Positions 1-9,896 are shown, numbered from the stretch's first letter. The stretch: 26,575 bases of DNA from a virus (IMGVR_UViG_3300032050_000692:1-26575), one strand, 5' to 3'. The notes: a model not told the origin generated them from the letters alone. Program-made: numbers and translations.

Positions 1-475
1 AAGTTGTTGTACCTACTACACCTGTGTTTATATCAAAATAAGAAGTTTGCAAAGAACCATTAATTGTGCTTACTAATGCTATATAGCCATAAGTATTCTT
101 TTTTACATAAAAAGATTGAGTGTATTGGCCAACATTTATAAAAAAAGAATTTCTAATTAAATAATATTGAGCATTTGTTGTGCTTGGTATTGTTAATGTA
201 TCGGCAGTTAATGTACCATTTGGAGCAGTCGTTGTATTTACAGTAATTACATCAGTTGTGAACCAAGCAGCGTTGGTAAAATCCTCAGAGTAACTAAATA
301 AGTTATAAGGCACAATCTCTACAAGTCCTGCTGCATTCACGCGCGTACCTGTGGTAGCACGAGTAAATGTCATCTCTCTTGGGTAATACTTGCTATCAAT
401 CGTCTTGTATCCCAATAGACTGTCTGACTTAACAGCCCAGTTGCCACTTCCTAATTGTAAACTTGGTGTCGCCAT
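1..475 (-). CDS. Partial fibre/spike protein, paralog of 475..2184; runs off the left edge
   Basis: Not in the ORF track. ATG at 475 overlaps the upstream TAA (TAATG). Hand translation is open to the edge: MATPSLQLGSGNWAVKSDSLLGYKTIDSKYYPREMTFTRATTGTRVNAAGLVEIVPYNLFSYSEDFTNAAW..., matching TRATTATRVNSQGLVELVPYNLVTYSNDFSSSW in the neighbour. Confidence 0.85.
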   Translation of the reverse strand, partial: MATPSLQLGSGNWAVKSDSLLGYKTIDSKYYPREMTFTRATTGTRVNAAGLVEIVPYNLFSYSEDFTNAAWFTTDVITVNTTTAPNGTLTADTLTIPSTTNAQYYLIRNSFFINVGQYTQSFYVKKNTYGYIALVSTINGSLQTSYFDINTGVVGTTT

Positions 476-2184
476 TATTGCAGTGTATAGTTATAATATG
501 AAGCCATCTCGGCATATGTGTTGAATGAAGTGCCTGTTAGGGCTTCTAGTTGGTCATCTGTTAATGCTGTTTTCCAAACATTAAGAAAATCATAATACAT
601 TGGTGCTACTCCCGAACCCATACTTAATTTGGAAATTGTATTGGTTATTGGGCTAGAGTTTGTGCTCGAAGCAACTTGAGATCCATTTATATATAATTTA
701 TATGCTCCCGCTTTATATACAATACCAATATTATTAATTCCTTTTGAAATTGGAGATGTAGATGTTAAAGTAAATGAGTATGAACTACCAATGTAAAAAT
801 CAAATGCCACTTTACCATCATTGGCTACATAAGAAATAATAAATAATTGAGATTCTGAATCATTTGATGCTTTTAATAAAGATTGAACTCCTAAACCTAT
901 TGGTTGAACAACATTTGCTTTAAAAACAAATGTTCCTTCCGTCTGTCCAATCAAGCTACTAATACCTGTCTTTGAAACAACGTCTGCGTTGCGTGTTACA
1001 GTTGCTGATGTTGTAGGGATGTATGAGGTAGGGTATGAACCTGCTTCGAGTTGAAAGCCGTAAGCATAAAGTTGCACTATTGCAGGCGAAACAAGCCCCG
1101 TACTCATTGAGGTCGAATCTGCTGTAAATGTATGAGTAAACCTTTGCCATTCTTGCGTGGCGGTAAAAACGCTTGATGCTTTATTCGAGTTTCCGTAAAT
1201 TCTAAAGGATTGATTTGACCCCACAGCACTTTTTACATAGCAAGAAACCGTATAAGTATTTCCGCTTACAATAGTGCCATTTTGGTCTATGTAGTTAGAA
1301 GCTGAAGTTATGTTTAACAGGTCTGCATTTTGTGTTCCGTCGGGACTGATTGCGGCATTTGCAGTTACGGAAATGTTAGATTTAACCCAAGCCGAATTAT
1401 TAAAAGCCTCTGACCAAGTAACCACATTAGTCCTCTGCGGCTCTACCAACAAACTTGGGCAACTACCATTTGAGTAGTCTAAGCGTGGGATGTTCAATCG
1501 TGTTATGGTAGGTTGATAAGGTAATAATGAACCTGCGTTTACTTGTGCACCATAAAGGAAAAGTCCATCAGTTGTATTTGCCCCCGAATATGCGCTAATA
1601 CCGAACCACTCCATTGATGCACTATTGGCAATAGCGCAATAAATACCATTTGAGCCGTTAGTAAATACAACGCTGCATCTATACCATCCATTGCCTACAT
1701 TTTCAATTTGTACATTACTTGCAAGGCTTCCATAAGTTCCGATTACACCCGTTCCTAAATTAAAATTAGCATATTCATAAATGCTTTGGGCAGATGCAAT
1801 TTGAATAAATTGAAGTTCGCCAGCTTTTGCATAAACTGAATGTGCATTATTACCAGTTATTCCCGACAATCCTTGAGTAATGCTGTGATAGGCACTACTT
1901 GTATTATATTTTAATTTAATAGCATTATTACCACCAAATGGGTCTGCTTGACCTGATGTTGTTGTAGATTGAAATAAAGCCCAACTTGAACTAAAATCAT
2001 TGCTATAAGTAACCAAATTATAAGGCACAAGCTCAACCAAGCCTTGTGAGTTTACTCTCGTGGCAGTAGTCGCACGAGTAACGGACATATCGCCCGAACC
2101 ATCGGACGGAATAACGGAATATAGTTTGCCCTCTTTGTATCCGTTAGGCGTTACAATTAAAGAAGCGGTCTCTAATAGGCTCAT
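475..2184 (-). CDS. Virion fibre/spike protein with two carbohydrate-binding-like jelly-roll repeats and a C-terminal LamG/ConA-like domain
   Basis: 569 aa. Two repeats NL/V..YS/WS..F...W...A.P.G...A. Motifs LLVEPQRTN and QLEAGSYPTSYIPTT..VTRNAD are typical of Bacteroidota phage spike-fibre proteins. YKLYINGSQV is LamG-like. Confidence 0.75.
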   Translation of the reverse strand: MSLLETASLIVTPNGYKEGKLYSVIPSDGSGDMSVTRATTATRVNSQGLVELVPYNLVTYSNDFSSSWALFQSTTTSGQADPFGGNNAIKLKYNTSSAYHSITQGLSGITGNNAHSVYAKAGELQFIQIASAQSIYEYANFNLGTGVIGTYGSLASNVQIENVGNGWYRCSVVFTNGSNGIYCAIANSASMEWFGISAYSGANTTDGLFLYGAQVNAGSLLPYQPTITRLNIPRLDYSNGSCPSLLVEPQRTNVVTWSEAFNNSAWVKSNISVTANAAISPDGTQNADLLNITSASNYIDQNGTIVSGNTYTVSCYVKSAVGSNQSFRIYGNSNKASSVFTATQEWQRFTHTFTADSTSMSTGLVSPAIVQLYAYGFQLEAGSYPTSYIPTTSATVTRNADVVSKTGISSLIGQTEGTFVFKANVVQPIGLGVQSLLKASNDSESQLFIISYVANDGKVAFDFYIGSSYSFTLTSTSPISKGINNIGIVYKAGAYKLYINGSQVASSTNSSPITNTISKLSMGSGVAPMYYDFLNVWKTALTDDQLEALTGTSFNTYAEMASYYNYTLQ

Positions 2185-2354
2185 GAAATGCTATTTAACT
2201 TTGTTAATGCAGTTTCTAAACAAGATTCTGCTTCAAATACTCCTCCATCTATTTTAGTACGAGTTTCGAGTTTTAGTGTTAAGTATACACTCAAATTTCT
2301 ACTCCTCATAAAAAGGTTAGTATTGTAGGGATTATATGCTAAAAGATAGCTCAT
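2181..2354 (-). CDS. Small hypothetical protein (57 aa), probably fibre-associated
   Basis: Below the track cut-off. Hand translation MSYLLAYNPYNTNLFMRSRNLSVYLTLKLETRTKIDGGVFEAESCLETALTKLNSIS. It fills the gap and has an ATGA overlap with the 569-aa gene. Confidence 0.75.
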   Translation of the reverse strand: MSYLLAYNPYNTNLFMRSRNLSVYLTLKLETRTKIDGGVFEAESCLETALTKLNSIS

Positions 2355-2357
2355 ATA

Positions 2358-2690
2358 TTATCTTCTTACTAATAGTACAGAACCACTAGATAATTTTAAA
2401 GAATTAAAATATTGCCCTTGACCCCAAGAAAGAATAGCACCTGCGCGTACAGGTAATGCTGGAGTTGTTACAAGATTTGTTAAAACTTCTTGATTATTTA
2501 CTTTTATACTGTTAAATACTGTGTCTTCTAAAACTACAATCGATTCAAATTCTCCTGTAATAGTATTAACATCATTTAATACTACAGTAGAAGAACCTAT
2601 CATACTTGATTTTGTAAGTATTTCTTGTTGTCCTGTGATTTTGACTTTTGTATTGTTATGCCCTACAATGGCAACTTCTCTTTGTGACAT
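2358..2690 (-). CDS. Hypothetical beta-rich protein, putative structural
   Basis: 110-aa ORF co-oriented in the structural module with an A-rich leader. Confidence 0.7.
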   Translation of the reverse strand: MSQREVAIVGHNNTKVKITGQQEILTKSSMIGSSTVVLNDVNTITGEFESIVVLEDTVFNSIKVNNQEVLTNLVTTPALPVRAGAILSWGQGQYFNSLKLSSGSVLLVRR

Positions 2691-2738
2691 GATAATAAAT
2701 TTAATGCTAAATTAAAAAATTTTAAGTAACAACTAATA

Positions 2739-3044
2739 TTAAAAAGAAAGTTGTTTATGTTCTTCTTCTGCCCTATAATTAATAAATCCAGTAGAATCTT
2801 CTATATTAATAGATGCCATAATTAGTGTAAATGTGCCTGTAGGCTTATTAGCATTATATAATGATTTGGCTAAATCAGAATCTTTTTTAGTTGGAGTTTT
2901 AGTTATTCCTACTTTAATAATAGCAGAAATTTCTTCACGTTCTTCTAATGTACCAGAGTTAAGTAATTCAAGTTGTTCTGGAGTAAGTTCTACTTTTTCT
3001 ATACTGTACCAAGTATTTTCAGTAGTGCTATGTAATATTTTCAT
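2739..3044 (-). CDS. Hypothetical protein
   Basis: 101-aa ORF 2 nt downstream of the glycosyltransferase stop. Confidence 0.7.
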   Translation of the reverse strand: MKILHSTTENTWYSIEKVELTPEQLELLNSGTLEEREEISAIIKVGITKTPTKKDSDLAKSLYNANKPTGTFTLIMASINIEDSTGFINYRAEEEHKQLSF

Positions 3045-3046
3045 CT

Positions 3047-3778
3047 TTATTTATTTAAAAGTTTACCATTAAAACCATATGTTCCAAAGTGAATTATTTC
3101 AGGATAAGCTACTGCATAAACTTTGCCACCTGTATCTCTCCATAATTTACAAAATTGATAATCTTCAGAAAGCAGCTCTTCTCGTTCATCAATAGTAAGA
3201 TTCCAATAATCATAGATGTATTGACCCCTTTTTACATTATAAACTTCTGAGGTATTGTGCTTGTATTTTTTTACAACTGAAGATAACTTATCAAATACAT
3301 TTCTATTGATTAACATCATTCCTGTTCCAACATATTTTACTTCAAATACTTTTGTAAAATCTACTTTTTCAGATGGATCAATAGGATTAATATTAAATTC
3401 TCCAGTATATAAATATAAATCTGGTTTAGCATCTAATACAGCTTCTCTAACATTTGTCCAATTAATACTTTTCATTGGAACAACAGCACCTAAAATATCT
3501 TTATCTTCATTATACATTCTTTCAATATCTTCAGCTCTGAATGTCTGATCCGCATCAATAAAAAGTAAATGCTTACAAGAACTTTGAAGAAATATTTCTG
3601 TAAGTGTATTTCTAGCTCTAGTTATTAAACTTTCATTAATTAAACTGCAATATTGAACATAATATCCTTTAGATACTAATTGCATTACCGTATTAACAAG
3701 AGACTCTGTATAACCTGCTGTACAATTACCTCCATACATTGGAGTAGCGATAAATATTGATTTATCAGCTAATTTCAT
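3047..3778 (-). CDS. GT-A fold (GT2-like) glycosyltransferase
   Basis: Motifs IFIATPMYGG, ESLITRARN, LLFIDAD (DxD), VGTGMMLINR and LSEDYQFC. Confidence 0.8.
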   Translation of the reverse strand: MKLADKSIFIATPMYGGNCTAGYTESLVNTVMQLVSKGYYVQYCSLINESLITRARNTLTEIFLQSSCKHLLFIDADQTFRAEDIERMYNEDKDILGAVVPMKSINWTNVREAVLDAKPDLYLYTGEFNINPIDPSEKVDFTKVFEVKYVGTGMMLINRNVFDKLSSVVKKYKHNTSEVYNVKRGQYIYDYWNLTIDEREELLSEDYQFCKLWRDTGGKVYAVAYPEIIHFGTYGFNGKLLNK

Positions 3779-4701
3779 TATAATTTATTTTGAGGAATAA
3801 ATCCTGCATTATAAGGATTTGCACTATCGTAACAATATATAAATTTACCAGATCCTGACGGTGTAGGAAAGCTACCACCCTGTATACTACAAAAAGTAAA
3901 AATTCCTGATGCGTTTCCAGAAATGCCACTACCAAAACTATTATTACCTCCTGAACATGCATCAAATGTTCCGCTTGCAGTTCCATTAAAGCCTCCAAAT
4001 GATTCTGAGCCTGCTACACAATTTTTAAAAACACCTGTTGCTGATGTGCTATTGTAGCCACCGCCAAATGATAATGCTTGAGCTTCACAATTTTTAAATG
4101 TTCCAGCAGCTACAGTATTACCACCAAAAGAAGCAAATCCTCCTACACAATTGATATATGTTCCATAGGCTCCTCCTGTATAACCAAAGCTATAATCTCC
4201 TCCTTTACAATTTTCAATAATTTGAGACCCTCCTCCACTAGAAGTTTTAAATGGTAAAATTCCAGTGTCAATTCCTTGGATATATACTTTACTAGCAGTA
4301 ACACTTATTGTATTTGAACCAATAATAAACACATCACGTAATCCTGTTAAAGAAACTATATTAATATAATTAGTAGTTACTAAAAAATCAGTATTAAAAC
4401 TATAATAACCAGGGGCTAGTAAAATATAAAATTGATTATTTGCATCTATAATATTTCCGTATGGAGTAGTAGTTAAAGCTTTATTATAAGCAGCTATAAC
4501 ATTATTTCCATTTTGAAAACGATCTGTTCCATTTGCTAAAATAGTAGTAAAGTTTTCTCCTTTTAGTTGGAATTCACTAGTAGGAGCAAACGGCACAATA
4601 ATTCCGTTTTTGTCTTTATACGACATTTTATTAGTATTTCTATCAAAGAAGATTTCTTCTCTGTTAGCTTCTCCTGGAGTTTTAGTTTCGTAAAGTAACA
4701 T
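3778..4701 (-). CDS. Putative fibre/spike protein with C-terminal beta-helix-like repeats
   Basis: About six tandem repeats of G.F.NC.gG..SFGg in the C-terminal half; located in the virion module. Confidence 0.6.
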   Translation of the reverse strand: MLLYETKTPGEANREEIFFDRNTNKMSYKDKNGIIVPFAPTSEFQLKGENFTTILANGTDRFQNGNNVIAAYNKALTTTPYGNIIDANNQFYILLAPGYYSFNTDFLVTTNYINIVSLTGLRDVFIIGSNTISVTASKVYIQGIDTGILPFKTSSGGGSQIIENCKGGDYSFGYTGGAYGTYINCVGGFASFGGNTVAAGTFKNCEAQALSFGGGYNSTSATGVFKNCVAGSESFGGFNGTASGTFDACSGGNNSFGSGISGNASGIFTFCSIQGGSFPTPSGSGKFIYCYDSANPYNAGFIPQNKL

Positions 4702-4705
4702 GATA

Positions 4706-5251
4706 TTAATAGTTTAATAAGTCGTTAATTGTATCGTAAGTAAGAGTATTATACTCTGGCTCTGTGTTATTTAAATCACGGAGATCGTAACAATTTAATA
4801 TACCGAGCACTCTTTTTTTATTTTTTAAATCTTCTAAAGCATTGCAACATGCAAAGCCAAACTCTAATGCTTTTAAATACTTTAAAGTTTCTTGAGCAAA
4901 CTCACATTGTTTTTGCCATACTAAAGCATTATAGCAATTAATCTCCTCTAGTGTAGGATTACACTCTGTTATCTGAGGATTGTTTCCTAAATAATAAGGA
5001 CTTAGTTCTGCATTAAAAGTCCACTCACTTGTAGGGCAATCTATTGACGTACTACTGCCAATGCTAATATCTCCTTCATGAGCTACTACCCAAAGCGTCC
5101 AAAGTTCTCCATCCCAAATAATGTAAAATTCTTGACCTCCTAAGGTAAAATAATATTCGTTAAAACCCTCTACTATGACACCAAAAGCCTGTACAGTTTC
5201 TTCAACTCCTGTAATAGACGGTGTACCAGTAATTTGAAGGCAGTCACACAT
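4706..5251 (-). CDS. Cys-rich virion protein, tail hub B-like by position
   Basis: 181 aa, starts MCDC, helical C-terminus containing ACCN; position downstream of the auxiliary capsid gene. Confidence 0.5.
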   Translation of the reverse strand: MCDCLQITGTPSITGVEETVQAFGVIVEGFNEYYFTLGGQEFYIIWDGELWTLWVVAHEGDISIGSSTSIDCPTSEWTFNAELSPYYLGNNPQITECNPTLEEINCYNALVWQKQCEFAQETLKYLKALEFGFACCNALEDLKNKKRVLGILNCYDLRDLNNTEPEYNTLTYDTINDLLNY

Positions 5252-5805
5252 TATGATAAGCGATTAATAGTAAGTACTCCAAAATTTAAATATGCTGTTG
5301 TTGGTGCTGTACTAGTAGAACGTACATCAATAATATCGCCTACAGCTAAAGTAACATTTGATATTTTAACTAATGCTGGAATAATAAATGATCCTCCTTC
5401 TGCATTAGCATTACTTATTTTAATACGTTTTTGCACATTAGGGTTAATCTCTACACCATTTTTAAATACTTGAATAGTAACTTGATTAGAAGCTATACCT
5501 GTAAAAGTAAACTCTGTATCTGCAGCAAACTCTAATTCATATGTACCAGCACCTCCTGAAGGTACTGTGTAAGTCATATTTGTTAATAATGTGTATGTAG
5601 GAGAAGTGCCAGATGTATTAATACCTAAACGTTCTGTTTGGTATTTTACTTGAGACTGTGCACAAGAGCATGGTAATGTTACAGTTTCTCCATTAGTATA
5701 GGTAAAAGTAACTGTACCAAATGAATTAGAAGTAATATTAGCAATACCTACCCCATCTTGGCCTGTTGGCATAGTAATATCTTTACAATTTTTGCAACCG
5801 CACAT
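5251..5805 (-). CDS. Virion protein with N-terminal Cys motif and C1q/TNF-like beta-sandwich C-terminus
   Basis: MCGCKNC start, G.DGVGI..I....GT.TFTYTNG repeat unit, then YTVP..G.YEL...FKNG...L.VGDIIDVR pattern. Confidence 0.55.
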   Translation of the reverse strand: MCGCKNCKDITMPTGQDGVGIANITSNSFGTVTFTYTNGETVTLPCSCAQSQVKYQTERLGINTSGTSPTYTLLTNMTYTVPSGGAGTYELEFAADTEFTFTGIASNQVTIQVFKNGVEINPNVQKRIKISNANAEGGSFIIPALVKISNVTLAVGDIIDVRSTSTAPTTAYLNFGVLTINRLS

Positions 5806-5816
5806 AGTCTTTTAAA

Positions 5817-6653
5817 TTAACAGTTTCCACCGCAGCCGCAGCCACAGTCAGAAACTAATGAACAATATTTTGTAGCAGCTTCTAACAATGTAGTAGCTGT
5901 TGTATAATCTTGACATGAAAAAGCAGATTGAATTCCGTAAATAAATACTTCCATCTGATCTACTTGAGTTTTTAGTTTTTCTACTTCTAATTTATCACAT
6001 GCTTTTACTAATCTTGTAACAAGTGCGTCTTTACAGTTACATAGATTACAAATGAATAATTCATAACTTTTACTAGTTCTAATAATGCTGATATCGTCTT
6101 CGTGCACTGTGTAGACCATCTGGTAAATACCATCAGGATTTGACCATGTTTGCTCTACTAATGCATCAAAGATATAAGGTGTAGTATAACCTGGAGCACT
6201 AGCATAAACATTTATAGTATTATTGCGTAAATAATAACTAGCTGCAATGCTAATTCCTGTAATAGGAGTACTAGATACTGTTTGTGATATATTTACTTGG
6301 TAAGTACCACCATTATTAGATCCTGTACCCGTAAGTAAAGCAGTAATAACAGTTCCTGGTGCAATACCTAAACCTATTAAGGTTTGTCCGACTTGAAAAG
6401 TCCCTGAAAGATGTGATGTATCAGTAAATGTAGTACCTGAGATAGTACCAGTTCCTGATGCATTGACTATACTATACGGAGCACTAAGAGGATAAAAAGA
6501 TACGTAAGCTAAACTAATGTCTCCTGCGTCAATGTTAGGAGCTCCCCAACCTCCAGGATTATTTGTAGCATTATATGGCTTAGTTTCTTCTGTAAGCGTA
6601 ATAAGATTACATTTACCTGAAATAGAAGCTGATATTTTAGGGATAAGTGCCAT
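5817..6653 (-). CDS. Tail hub A-like virion protein
   Basis: 278 aa, NPGGWGAPN motif, PDGIY, C-terminal helices ending [10 protein letters not shown]; crAss-like synteny after the auxiliary capsid gene. Confidence 0.55.
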   Translation of the reverse strand: MALIPKISASISGKCNLITLTEETKPYNATNNPGGWGAPNIDAGDISLAYVSFYPLSAPYSIVNASGTGTISGTTFTDTSHLSGTFQVGQTLIGLGIAPGTVITALLTGTGSNNGGTYQVNISQTVSSTPITGISIAASYYLRNNTINVYASAPGYTTPYIFDALVEQTWSNPDGIYQMVYTVHEDDISIIRTSKSYELFICNLCNCKDALVTRLVKACDKLEVEKLKTQVDQMEVFIYGIQSAFSCQDYTTATTLLEAATKYCSLVSDCGCGCGGNC

Positions 6654-6667
6654 ATTAATGTTTTAAT

Positions 6668-6675
6668 CAAAGTTA
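6668..6675 (-). promoter_or_regulatory. Bacteroidota sigma70-type -7 element TAACTTTG
   Basis: Exact TAnnTTTG between a terminator and the ATG at 6653. Confidence 0.7.
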
Positions 6676-6708
6676 ATCAATTTCTTTTAACAAGAAATTG
6701 TAATTACT

Positions 6709-6755
6709 AAAAAATAGTAGCCCACCACAAGACAGCTATGTGGTGGGACTACTGT
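6709..6755 (-). terminator. Intrinsic terminator after the auxiliary capsid gene
   Basis: Stem CCCACCACA/TGTGGTGGG extended by AGTAG/CTACT, 9-nt loop, T6 tract on the minus strand. Confidence 0.8.
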
Positions 6756-6765
6756 GGGCGGAGAA

Positions 6766-8082
6766 TTACATGTTAAGGATAGCCTTAATCGCTGTAGCAG
6801 CTGCTCCAGAGAATAAAGTATCTACAACTGCTTCTGCAGTTGTTGCAGTAATAACACCTGTTGCAACATTAGTCAAGTTACAGTGTAGAAGTACGCTACC
6901 TTGAGGCTTGTTAACAGATGCAAGACCGAGGATTTCTTCTGTCCAATTGAAAGTCAAAGTTGAGTAACGAGAAGATTGCTCAGTGTTACCAGCTACGCCA
7001 GGGATTTTAACAACTTGATCACGTGGTACAGAAGGAACAGCCAATTGGTTGTTTTCTCCTTCGAAACCATAGTTCAAGTACTCATCCATAGCTACTTGTT
7101 GCCATACACCGTTTCCGTTTTGAGCACCAGTTACAGTAATCAAAGTTGAAGAATCAGAGAAAGATGTAGTCCAACGGTTAGCATAGTAATCACGGAATGC
7201 ATTAACATCAAACGGAGCAACAACACCAGTAAGACGAATACCGAAGTTTGCAGTTGAAGCAGTTGCAGCAGCAATAACTTGTACGTTAGCAACAAGAATA
7301 GTTGCGCTATCGCCTACATAAGGAGTAGCTAAAGTAATAGTAGTTGCAGTTACGGCAGTTACACGATATACAGGGTTAGTTACGGCTGCACCACCAATAC
7401 GAAGGAAATCGCCTACAGCAACGTTAGATGTTGCAGTACCAGTGATAGTCATTACACGTGATTTGTAAGTAACACCGAAAGATGTAGGAGCACCTGTAAT
7501 TGCAGCACTAGCAGCACTAGAGATAGCTTCAAATTTCAAGTAACCATTTGCAGGCTCTTGGTTAGTGAAGTTACGGTAGCCAGAAGCAACAAGAGCAACA
7601 GCCAATTCTGCTTGAGTACCAGTAGCATCAGTTTTTACTGGACCAGCAAACAAACTCATCGGTTGTGAACGGTTAGCAGCATCGTTATCGCGCTTACGAA
7701 CTTTGATCCAGAAATCAGTGTTGTTAGCTACAGGAAGAGCACCAGTAGTACCATTATAACCAACTGTAGTTACTTGTTGTACTGCAGCTTTAAATTTGCT
7801 TGCAGAAATAGTAACATTAGCTTTGGTCATAGCTGGAGATTTCATCAAAGGTTGAGTAGCACCTTTACCTTGTACGATGAAAAATTTGTCAGTTGCAGCC
7901 AATGCTGTATAAGAAGTATTGTCGAGACGACGCATACCCATGTCACATACTGCTACTGCTCCGATAGGGAGGTTCAAGTTTGTTACTACTGTTCCTACAG
8001 GAACTGCAGTATTCAAAGCTGAAGTTAATGCACTAGCGTCAGAAAGAACGACACTAAATACGTTGTTTGCTTTTCTAAACAT
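6766..8082 (-). CDS. Auxiliary capsid (decoration) protein, crAss-like
   Basis: 438 aa, Ala/Thr-rich, strong codon bias like the MCP gene, GNG.WQQV...E...G motif, own terminator, syntenic position. Confidence 0.6.
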   Translation of the reverse strand: MFRKANNVFSVVLSDASALTSALNTAVPVGTVVTNLNLPIGAVAVCDMGMRRLDNTSYTALAATDKFFIVQGKGATQPLMKSPAMTKANVTISASKFKAAVQQVTTVGYNGTTGALPVANNTDFWIKVRKRDNDAANRSQPMSLFAGPVKTDATGTQAELAVALVASGYRNFTNQEPANGYLKFEAISSAASAAITGAPTSFGVTYKSRVMTITGTATSNVAVGDFLRIGGAAVTNPVYRVTAVTATTITLATPYVGDSATILVANVQVIAAATASTANFGIRLTGVVAPFDVNAFRDYYANRWTTSFSDSSTLITVTGAQNGNGVWQQVAMDEYLNYGFEGENNQLAVPSVPRDQVVKIPGVAGNTEQSSRYSTLTFNWTEEILGLASVNKPQGSVLLHCNLTNVATGVITATTAEAVVDTLFSGAAATAIKAILNM

Positions 8083-8112
8083 TTTGTTTAAGTTTTAATT
8101 AATAATTATTTT

Positions 8113-8877
8113 TTATTCTAACTCTTTAAACGGTTCTACCGTTTGTATTTTCTGTTCTTGTACTCTTTGCATCATTAGATCGGTTGCAATATCAATAATA
8201 ACTCTGTGAGTAGATTCATCTAATTCACAGTTTTGTTGATTTGCGGGCGTACTACGATCGACAACAATGTCTGATGGATTTTTGAGATATCGCATATGAT
8301 AATCAACGATATCAAAAGTTCCATCCGTTAGTAGCTCATGACGTTTAGCAGTTGCAGGTTGTAGCGGATCGATGCCCGATGTTTGTCTGCTATATTCTAG
8401 ACGCCATACTCTACCATCACCATAAGATTTATAAAACGGTTTTTTGTATTTACTCCAATTAAAACGTTGGATCTCATTGTGTGCTACTGTAATTACATAT
8501 GCGTAAATAGGATCTGTAGTTCCACACTCCGTTTTATTAATTGTACACTCTTCAAAAATAGTGTACATATGGTCGGTCGGTAAATCAAAGAACTTTCCTT
8601 GAAGTAGGTTGTTTGATATAACTCCTACTTGGGAAGCCGAAACTGGGAGTGAAGCAGCGTCTTTAACTAACGCTGCTAATCCCTGATTTCTTATTTCAAT
8701 TTCTTCAAAGCCTTTTGCTTTGCGATTATTTACCTCATCGTAAAATTTCTTGACATAAAAATTAACGGCCTCAGTTAGTACAGAAGATAATTCAAAATCT
8801 TCGTAACCAGGAGAACCAAAGCTGTCTGAGCGATCAAGCTTTAATTCTAATTCATTGGCCATGTCATTTGCCGTCAT
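8113..8877 (-). CDS. Ring/neck protein, crAss-like gene 74/73 family
   Basis: N-terminal PGYEDFELS.VLT.A and C-terminal Y.MRYLKNP..I...CELDESTH..IIDIA; second gene after the MCP. Confidence 0.7.
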   Translation of the reverse strand: MTANDMANELELKLDRSDSFGSPGYEDFELSSVLTEAVNFYVKKFYDEVNNRKAKGFEEIEIRNQGLAALVKDAASLPVSASQVGVISNNLLQGKFFDLPTDHMYTIFEECTINKTECGTTDPIYAYVITVAHNEIQRFNWSKYKKPFYKSYGDGRVWRLEYSRQTSGIDPLQPATAKRHELLTDGTFDIVDYHMRYLKNPSDIVVDRSTPANQQNCELDESTHRVIIDIATDLMMQRVQEQKIQTVEPFKELE

Positions 8878-8879
8878 TG

Positions 8880-9818
8880 TTATTTACGTTTTGATAATTC
8901 AATTTTTGCTTTAACTCGAAGTTTTACCTCTTGGTTATCTGGATTAAGTAGGTAGTTAATAACATCAGTTAAGTCACCTAACTCAGCACCATTATCTAGA
9001 GTATATCGCTTCTCACCTTTGCGGATAATTGCACCAGCTTCAACAGCTTCTTGTACAAAGATACGCTCATTATATTGTGGATGTGTCACAATCTCTAGGA
9101 AATATTTAGGATTAGATTCCACAATATTTGCAACTTCTGACTTGAGCCACTCTTCAGTAGCAGTAGCAGGAATTGTTCGGCCAAGAGATTTGATAAATCC
9201 AATAGTTGCAGCCTTACTGTTTGTAACCTCTGCGTATTTAACATACGCTTGAGCTTTAAGATCTGCTTCTTCAAGTTTCTTAGAAGTGATTTTATTTTCG
9301 TCTACAATCATAAACTCATACGTTGCTTTGTTTACTCTTTCTTCATAAGAAGGAGAAACTAACATTTTGTTAGAGATTAAGATTAGATATTTTAACATAT
9401 CTAATGGTAGATTAAGATTTAATGTTGTTCCTTCTTTTGTAAGAATAACACGTCCTCTACGATCACTTCTCCAGAAGTTTTTCTCTACTGGAAGTGTAGG
9501 ATTTAAATCTACACCTAATTCTTTTTCAAAGAACTCTTTTTGAGTCATCCCGTTTGGATGAGACTCCATGTATTTCTGAATCTTCACACGTGTGATATCA
9601 TCAAGAACTACTTTTACTCCACCTCCGCGTGTCTCGCTGTTAAGAGGCACTTGGTAGCTTCGTTTTGTTTTGTTGTACATGAACGGGTCTTTTAGACGCT
9701 CTTGTCCTTGTACTAGTAGGTTACTCCATTTGCCCGATGATTCTACTGGCTTAATTGATACAATACGATTCTGTAAGAATGAGCCGTATACTACTTTGTC
9801 TTTTGTTGCTGTCTCCAT
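8880..9818 (-). CDS. Conserved crAss-like protein downstream of the MCP (gene 75-like)
   Basis: FEKELG.DL...NFW, LNL..P.D.LKY.IL and YL.NP.NQE motifs; immediately follows the MCP. Confidence 0.7.
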   Translation of the reverse strand: METATKDKVVYGSFLQNRIVSIKPVESSGKWSNLLVQGQERLKDPFMYNKTKRSYQVPLNSETRGGGVKVVLDDITRVKIQKYMESHPNGMTQKEFFEKELGVDLNPTLPVEKNFWRSDRRGRVILTKEGTTLNLNLPLDMLKYLILISNKMLVSPSYEERVNKATYEFMIVDENKITSKKLEEADLKAQAYVKYAEVTNSKAATIGFIKSLGRTIPATATEEWLKSEVANIVESNPKYFLEIVTHPQYNERIFVQEAVEAGAIIRKGEKRYTLDNGAELGDLTDVINYLLNPDNQEVKLRVKAKIELSKRK

Positions 9819-9847
9819 TTTTGCTGTCTTATTATTTAATTCTCTTT

Positions 9848-9896
9848 AAAAAAAGGGGGGTCCTTGAGGCGTTCAACTCCCAAGGAGACCCCCTTT
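9848..9896 (-). terminator. Intrinsic terminator/attenuator after the MCP
   Basis: GGGGG..TCCTTG / CAAGGA..CCCCC stem followed by T7 on the minus strand. Confidence 0.8.

Noticed and set aside
1-2184. Diversity-generating retroelement TR/VR pair
   Set aside because: Paralog similarity is patchy and not adenine-specific, and there is no reverse transcriptase in the window.
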